DNA of 32,000 nt. Source: an uncultured archaeon. Its GTDB lineage: Archaea > Asgardarchaeota > Lokiarchaeia > Sigyniarchaeales > Promethearchaeaceae. The notes under the pieces were generated by a model. That model was not told the DNA's origin, made no database searches, and was given only the letters and a program-made list of their open reading frames with translations. The position numbers were made by a program, and so were the translations under genes. The DNA is taken from contig CAYRPF010000012.1 in assembly GCA_964426185.1 (NCBI GenBank), positions 11,249 to 43,248 on the forward strand, given 5' to 3'. Positions 26,562-32,000 of the stretch are shown here, in pieces (the first letter of the stretch is position 1; each line of letters starts with the position of its first letter).

Positions 26562-27626
26562 TTGGGGGTTGATTTAAATCCACTGGTAAAGGATGTTAAA
26601 AAATTAATTAAATTTGAAGATTTGGTAGGAAAAAGAATTGCAATAGATGCTTTTAACACTATTTATCAATTTTTGGCAATTATTCGAGGGAGAGATGGAA
26701 CTCCACTGAAAGATTATCAAGGAAATGTTACCTCACATCTATCTGGGTTATTTTATCGCTCTCTAAATCTTATAGAACATGACATTCGACCAATCTTTGT
26801 ATTTGATGGAAATCCAAATCCATTTAAACAAGCTGAAATTGAACGTAGAAGAGAAATTCGTTTGGAAGCCCGAAAAAAGTTTGAAGAAGCAAGAGATTTG
26901 GGTGAAACTGAAACTGCGGCAAAATATGCCCAAGCATCTTCTAAACTTACAAGTGAGATGATTCAAGAAAGTAAGGAATTATTAGTAACCCTCGGGATTC
27001 CTGTTGTGGATGCTGCGCAAGATGGAGAATCTCAAGCAGCATATTTAGTTTCTACAAATAAAGCTTGGGCAGTTGGATCACAAGATTATGACGCGTTTCT
27101 CTTCGGAGCAGAAAGGGTAATTCGTAATCTTTCCATGAGCCGGACTCGTAAAGTGCGTTCTACTACAATTACTGTGGATTTAGAATGGTTGAATTTGAAA
27201 AAAATTCTCGAACATACCCATCTATCTCGAGAGCAGCTTATTGACATTGGGATTTTGGTTGGAGTAGATTTCTTTCCTGGGATAAAGGGTGTTGGAGTAA
27301 AAACTGCCTATAAATTAGTTCAAGAACATCAATCTCTTGAGGCAATGTTAGAAAAAGATATTGAAATCCGACACAAAAAAATAACTGATTCACTAGATAT
27401 CAATACTATGAAAGCCGTAAAGGAGATTTTTCTAAATCCAGTTGTGAATAATGATATTCCCCCTTTAAAATGGAAATCACCACAAGTGGAAAAAGTGAGA
27501 GAAATTCTGGTAGAAAAGCATAATTTCAACCCAGAACGAGTTGATTCTGGATTAAATCGGTTGAAAAAACGGGGAACAGCACGACAAAGATCGATTTCGG
27601 ATTTTTTCACCACCAAAAAAGAATAA
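26562..27626 (+). CDS. fen1: Flap endonuclease 1 (TTG start after GAGGTGA; track start 26553)
   Basis: GVDL, IAIDAFNTIYQFLAIIR, TSHLSGLFYR, VFDG, SQDYD, GVDF.PGIKGVG.KTA, C-terminal PIP box QRSISDFF. Confidence 0.97.
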   Translation: MGVDLNPLVKDVKKLIKFEDLVGKRIAIDAFNTIYQFLAIIRGRDGTPLKDYQGNVTSHLSGLFYRSLNLIEHDIRPIFVFDGNPNPFKQAEIERRREIRLEARKKFEEARDLGETETAAKYAQASSKLTSEMIQESKELLVTLGIPVVDAAQDGESQAAYLVSTNKAWAVGSQDYDAFLFGAERVIRNLSMSRTRKVRSTTITVDLEWLNLKKILEHTHLSREQLIDIGILVGVDFFPGIKGVGVKTAYKLVQEHQSLEAMLEKDIEIRHKKITDSLDINTMKAVKEIFLNPVVNNDIPPLKWKSPQVEKVREILVEKHNFNPERVDSGLNRLKKRGTARQRSISDFFTTKKE

Positions 27627-27686
27627 TATTTGGCGATCAGAATTTTTTTACGAAGAGGTTCATTTAAAGGATTGAGAAAAAAGAAA

Positions 27687-29924
27687 ATGAGTACTAACAA
27701 CGATTCAGACGGAACGAGCATGGGAAATTCCGAAATCAAACTGAAAGTACAAGAAGCAAGGAAAAGAGACGTTGGGCGATCCATTATTAGGTTAGATGCA
27801 AAAACTATGAAACTCTTGAATGCAAATACTGGGGATATTATTCAAATCCGCGGGGATGAACGTATTACCGCCGCTATCGCCTGGCCTGCTTATCCACAAG
27901 ATCAAGGGTTGGAAATTGTCCGTATCGATAGTCGAGTTAGAAATAATGCCAATGTTGGCATTGATGATTATATTTACATTTCAAAGGTTGAAGAAGTTCA
28001 CGCAAAATCAGTCGTCCTTGCCCCTGTGTCTTTAAAAATTAAACCAAATACTCGATTTGAAAGCTTTGTTAAGCGAAAACTTTTAAATTTTCCCGTGGCA
28101 AAAGGAGATCTTATTTATATCAATATCGGAATGACAAAAGAAATAGTATTTCGGATTATATCCTTAAAACCAGCTGGAATCTGCTTAGTAAAGCAATCTA
28201 CTTCTTTATCAATTAATGAAACTTCCATAGATGAAACCTCTACTGGCATTCCTTACATAACATATGAAGATATTGGTGGTTTAGATCGAGAAATTCAGCA
28301 AGTCCGTGAAATGGTGGAATTACCATTGAAACATCCTGAAATTTTCAATAGATTGGGAATTGATCCTCCTAAAGGTGTTCTTCTCCGTGGACCACCTGGA
28401 TGTGGGAAGACCTTATTGGCTAAAGCAGTTGCAAATGAAAGTCAAGCCCATTTTATTTCCATTAACGGACCGGAAATTATGAGTAAATTTTATGGGGAAT
28501 CTGAGAAAAAACTTAGATCTCTGTTTAAAGAAGCCGAGGAGAAATCACCTAGTATTATTTTTATTGATGAAATTGATGCTATTGCTCCCAAGCGCGAAAA
28601 TGTGACCGGAGAAGTTGAACGTCGTGTAGTTGCTCAAATGTTAGCCTTAATGGATGGCTTAGAGACACGTGGTAGGGTTATTATAATTGGTGCAACTAAT
28701 CGACCCAATGCTGTTGATCCTGCATTACGTAGGCCTGGGCGCTTTGATCGAGAATTAGAGATGAAAGTTCCAGGAGAAACAGGAAGATTGGAAATATTGC
28801 AGATTCATACTCGAAAAATGCCATTAGATGATAGTGTTAAATTGCAAGAAATCGCAAGAATTACTCATGGTTATGTTGGGGCAGATATTGCCAGTCTTGT
28901 TCGAGAAACTGGAATGGCTGCTTTAAGACGTTATCTTCCGGAGATAAACATCGATGTAGAAGAAATTGACCCAGAATTGTTGGAAATCATGTATGTGAAA
29001 AGTATTGATTTCGACCATGCGTTTAAGGAAATTATCCCGTCAGGTATTCGGGAAGTATTTGTGGAAATTCCCAGTGTTCACTGGAATGACGTAGGAGGAT
29101 TGGAATATACTAAACAGCAATTAATTGAATCAGTAGAATGGCCTATAAAAAACCCGAAAGCATATGAAAGGATGGGTGTTGATCCGCCATCAGGAGTCTT
29201 ACTCTATGGCCCTCCCGGTTGTGGGAAAACCTTACTTGCCCGTGCTGTAGCAACTGAATCTGAAGCAAATTTTATATCCATCAAAGGTCCCGAATTAATT
29301 TCTAAATGGGTTGGGGAAAGTGAAAAAGCCGTTCGCGAAGTTTTTCGGAAGGCGAAACTGGCTGCGCCGTGCATTATTTTCTTTGATGAACTTGATTCAA
29401 TTGCACCACGTCGTGGTTCTGGAGGCACAGATGCTGGGGTTACTGAACGAGTTATATCTCAATTGCTAACAGAATTAGATGGAATTTCCCAATCTCATGA
29501 TATAATCATGATTGCCGCCACAAATCGACCCGATATCATGGATCCTGCGCTAATTCGTCCAGGTCGCATTGATCGATTATCTTATGTTCCTCCTCCCAGT
29601 TTTGAAGATCGAATTGAAATCTTAAAAATTTTCACGAAATCCATGCCTCTAGGTAAAGAAGTGGTGATTGAAGAATTGGCACGGCTAACAGAATTCTTTT
29701 CAGGAGCAGATATTGAATCTCTTTGCCGTGAAGCTGCAATTCGAGCCTTACGTGAAAATATTCGAGCCAAAACCATACAACCTCATCATTTTAGTGAAGC
29801 ATTGGAAGAAATGAGACCAAGTGCAACTCGGGAAGTCTGTGAATCCTATGAGAAATTTGAAGAAACAATAAAAAGTAGAAAATTAGGATCGACCTCACAT
29901 AGAGGCACAGATCTTTATACCTAA
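27687..29924 (+). CDS. cdc48: CDC48/VCP (p97/VAT) family AAA+ ATPase (track start 27630; ATG 27687 more likely)
   Basis: N domain (RDVGRSIIRL), two AAA modules with GPPGCGKT, Walker B IIFIDE and IIFFDE, SRH DPALRRPGRFDR and DPALIRPGRIDR, C-terminal DLYT. Confidence 0.97.
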   Translation: MSTNNDSDGTSMGNSEIKLKVQEARKRDVGRSIIRLDAKTMKLLNANTGDIIQIRGDERITAAIAWPAYPQDQGLEIVRIDSRVRNNANVGIDDYIYISKVEEVHAKSVVLAPVSLKIKPNTRFESFVKRKLLNFPVAKGDLIYINIGMTKEIVFRIISLKPAGICLVKQSTSLSINETSIDETSTGIPYITYEDIGGLDREIQQVREMVELPLKHPEIFNRLGIDPPKGVLLRGPPGCGKTLLAKAVANESQAHFISINGPEIMSKFYGESEKKLRSLFKEAEEKSPSIIFIDEIDAIAPKRENVTGEVERRVVAQMLALMDGLETRGRVIIIGATNRPNAVDPALRRPGRFDRELEMKVPGETGRLEILQIHTRKMPLDDSVKLQEIARITHGYVGADIASLVRETGMAALRRYLPEINIDVEEIDPELLEIMYVKSIDFDHAFKEIIPSGIREVFVEIPSVHWNDVGGLEYTKQQLIESVEWPIKNPKAYERMGVDPPSGVLLYGPPGCGKTLLARAVATESEANFISIKGPELISKWVGESEKAVREVFRKAKLAAPCIIFFDELDSIAPRRGSGGTDAGVTERVISQLLTELDGISQSHDIIMIAATNRPDIMDPALIRPGRIDRLSYVPPPSFEDRIEILKIFTKSMPLGKEVVIEELARLTEFFSGADIESLCREAAIRALRENIRAKTIQPHHFSEALEEMRPSATREVCESYEKFEETIKSRKLGSTSHRGTDLYT

Positions 29925-30126
29925 AGAATTGAGCGGGAGAGCGCAAAACTTTTTAATTTTCAAGAATTGAACAACTTGATAATTTCTCATATTTTTTGAT
30001 GCCTTTTTGGAACCAATTTCCTAAAGCGATAAATCACCTTTTACTAAGAAATAAATCTCGCTAATTCGGCATCAATTTTCTGAATTTGTAAAAAATTATT
30101 TCATATCAAATGAAATGGTAAGTAAT

Positions 30127-30411
30127 ATGGCCAAACTTAAAAAATGGAATTCTATCCCAGTCGAGAATGAGATCATTTCGATTCTGGTTAAAAATCGAGG
30201 TGAAATGCTCACCTCTGATTTACTGCGACAACTTAGCAATAAATATCAAGACTTTACACGAACCGATTTGGATCAAGCGTTATTTAAATTAGAAGTTCGT
30301 TCTTTTATATTTGTCGTATCTATTAAAAAAGATGTATCTAAAGTTGAAATCAACCCCAGAGGAAATTTCAGCCACCAAATAATGGCAGAAATCCGCAAAT
30401 TTACTCATTAA
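30127..30411 (+). CDS. Small winged-helix-like protein (track start 30115)
   Basis: EIISILVKNRGEMLTSDLLRQL...DLDQALFKLEVRSFIFV fits the helix-helix-recognition helix-wing pattern. Confidence 0.7.
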   Translation: MAKLKKWNSIPVENEIISILVKNRGEMLTSDLLRQLSNKYQDFTRTDLDQALFKLEVRSFIFVVSIKKDVSKVEINPRGNFSHQIMAEIRKFTH

Positions 30412-30434
30412 ATTCTAAACAGAATTTTTTTTGG

Positions 30435-32000
30435 TTACTTATGGATTAAAGGCATAAATGATTGGGATTCACTCTCTAACGAAATTTCTTTCCGATATGG
30501 GGTTAATAACAATCGGCGTACTTTGAAAAATACAGGGTAATTGGTTGCTCCACCCAAAATAACCGCAGATCCCGTTGGTAGAGAAGAAATAATCTTAATT
30601 GAATCACTGGTTAAAGCTTCAGAAGAATTTTTGATATGATTCAAGTCGTAAGGATTTGTTATCCGCATAATAATATGGGTATTACATTGAGAAAGTGCTG
30701 TCGTGCTCAATCGAACAGGACGTTGCGAGATAAGCACTAATTGTGCGAAAAATTTTCGGCCTTCGCGGGCTAAAGTCTCCAAGATATGTTTAGCAAATGC
30801 ACTTTTAGAATCTTTTTCCGGTAGAAAATTATGAGCTTCTTCTAAAAAGAGAATAAATGGTGCAATTTGTCGTTTCCGGCGGAAGTAAAAAAGTTGTTTT
30901 GTAAAGAAATCTACCAATATTTGTTTTTTCCGCATTGATAAAATCGTAGAAAAATCAAGAATTGTTAATTTTCCAGGGTGAATTAAATCAGTTATGCATG
31001 GTTTAGTGGTTTGGGTAAAAATATTTAAACGGGCTAGATCCTCCAGCCAAGCGATTAGTGTGGATTGGGTTTTGGAATTTATTTCCGTCTGCTTTTCAAT
31101 TTGCTTGCAGAGTTCATTTAAATCAACGCGTGTTTGATTTTGATCTAAGTTTTCTAAGATCTGCTGTAATTCTCGAAGTTGGGGGTAAGTGATATTAGGT
31201 TGATATCTTTGAAAATCATAAGGTAACATATCAGAAATACCGATTTGCATAAAGGATGCATTAATAATTTGAATTTTCGATTGGATCTCTCCAATTTTAT
31301 CTTTATCTATCGTGTTTAATTCAATTTTTTGCTTAAGAAAACGATATTCTCCATGAAGATCGATAAGTATCATTCCTGGTGTTCCTACCGAAGAAGGGCG
31401 CATTAAAAGTTCTTCTAACATTACTGAAACAAGATAAGATTTACCTGCACCGCTTTGGGCCAAAATGGCTACATGTTTATTAAATAGTCGATTTAGATCC
31501 AAGGATACTGATGTCGAGTAATGGTTAAGTGTCCCAATCTGAAGACCATTTGTTTTAAATCCCAAAAAATAATGCAAAAATTCTCCTTGTAGTAAATACA
31601 CTTGATTTCCCGGTTTAACAGGAAATCCAGATGATTCAATCATTTTAAATTCTTCAGGCGAACTGATAGTTTCAATTTTTTTGTTAGTGTGAATATACCC
31701 TAATACTTGAACTTCAGCAATTTGTATTTCCCATTCATCGCTTGGAAGAAAATGGTTTACTTGTAAATTTGCCACCGTAAAATTCTTTACCGTTTGAAAA
31801 TCGTGGAAATAATTATTCATGATATGAAGTTCTTCAACTAAACCGATAATTTGACCTTGGAAGGTATCTACCAGGCAATATTGACCACGTTTGACCAAAG
31901 GACTGAAGCTGGGTGAAAGCGGTGCCGAAAGAAATGCAAAATGATTAACTGAAGGGGAATTTCCATCCTTTGTAGCAATAACGATTCCTACTGGAGTGAA
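30435..32000 (-). CDS. herA: HerA-family ATPase/DNA translocase, 5'-partial (frame open to the window end)
   Basis: Upstream of 31898 the frame reads FTPVGIVIATKDGNSPSVNHFAF... without a stop (HAS-barrel-like N-terminus). Walker A HVAILAQSGAGKS, IDLHGEY, Walker B LFLEEAH, AREGRKF, SQRP, SQCNT. Confidence 0.88.
   Translation of the reverse strand, partial: FTPVGIVIATKDGNSPSVNHFAFLSAPLSPSFSPLVKRGQYCLVDTFQGQIIGLVEELHIMNNYFHDFQTVKNFTVANLQVNHFLPSDEWEIQIAEVQVLGYIHTNKKIETISSPEEFKMIESSGFPVKPGNQVYLLQGEFLHYFLGFKTNGLQIGTLNHYSTSVSLDLNRLFNKHVAILAQSGAGKSYLVSVMLEELLMRPSSVGTPGMILIDLHGEYRFLKQKIELNTIDKDKIGEIQSKIQIINASFMQIGISDMLPYDFQRYQPNITYPQLRELQQILENLDQNQTRVDLNELCKQIEKQTEINSKTQSTLIAWLEDLARLNIFTQTTKPCITDLIHPGKLTILDFSTILSMRKKQILVDFFTKQLFYFRRKRQIAPFILFLEEAHNFLPEKDSKSAFAKHILETLAREGRKFFAQLVLISQRPVRLSTTALSQCNTHIIMRITNPYDLNHIKNSSEALTSDSIKIISSLPTGSAVILGGATNYPVFFKVRRLLLTPYRKEISLESESQSFMPLIHK

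Noticed and set aside
1374-29776. Numerous 60-151 aa ORFs nested in or antisense to long genes (e.g. 13625..14062, 27329..27784, 10217..10537, 16610..16903, 12858..13043)
   Set aside because: They overlap well-supported genes, have no recognisable motifs, and look like off-frame or antisense translations.
29925-30114. Possible ncRNA or small ORF in the longer intergenic gaps (also 10735-10865 and 11481-11680)
   Set aside because: No tRNA cloverleaf, SRP RNA, convincing C/D box pair or GC-rich stem was visible. An Infernal/Rfam scan would be needed to exclude them.
1-32000. Selenocysteine or pyrrolysine read-through
   Set aside because: No gene appears interrupted by an in-frame TGA or TAG with family similarity continuing beyond it; the Rab case begins with TAA.

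Overview
AT-rich, gene-dense archaeal chromosomal segment. It is most consistent with an Asgard archaeon (Lokiarchaeia/Promethearchaeum-like); this is an inference from a Rab-like GTPase with WDLAGQ, stand-alone eL40 plus eL38, archaeal FEN1/Nob1/SRP54/Cdc48/HerA, a5A with a eukaryote-type KHGHAK motif, and a bacterial-type hybrid PAS histidine kinase. About 27 CDSs can be supported, including two the ORF track missed: a helical-repeat protein running off the left edge (<1..799, minus) and ribosomal protein eL40 (13056..13211). The HerA ORF stays open to the right edge. I found no tRNA, rRNA, CRISPR array or mobile element. The right two-thirds is mostly housekeeping. The most interesting part is 1.3-12.9 kb, a co-oriented run of six genes: a UPF0182 membrane protein with an added Zn-knuckle and glycosylated tail, a giant GH13, a catalytically degenerate phosphohexomutase translationally coupled to an NDP-sugar pyrophosphorylase, a Rab-like GTPase whose 3' end is duplicated in frame beyond the stop codons, and a Zn-ribbon/coiled-coil protein with a MIM2-like motif. 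All family calls come from motifs recognised by eye; no database searches were run.
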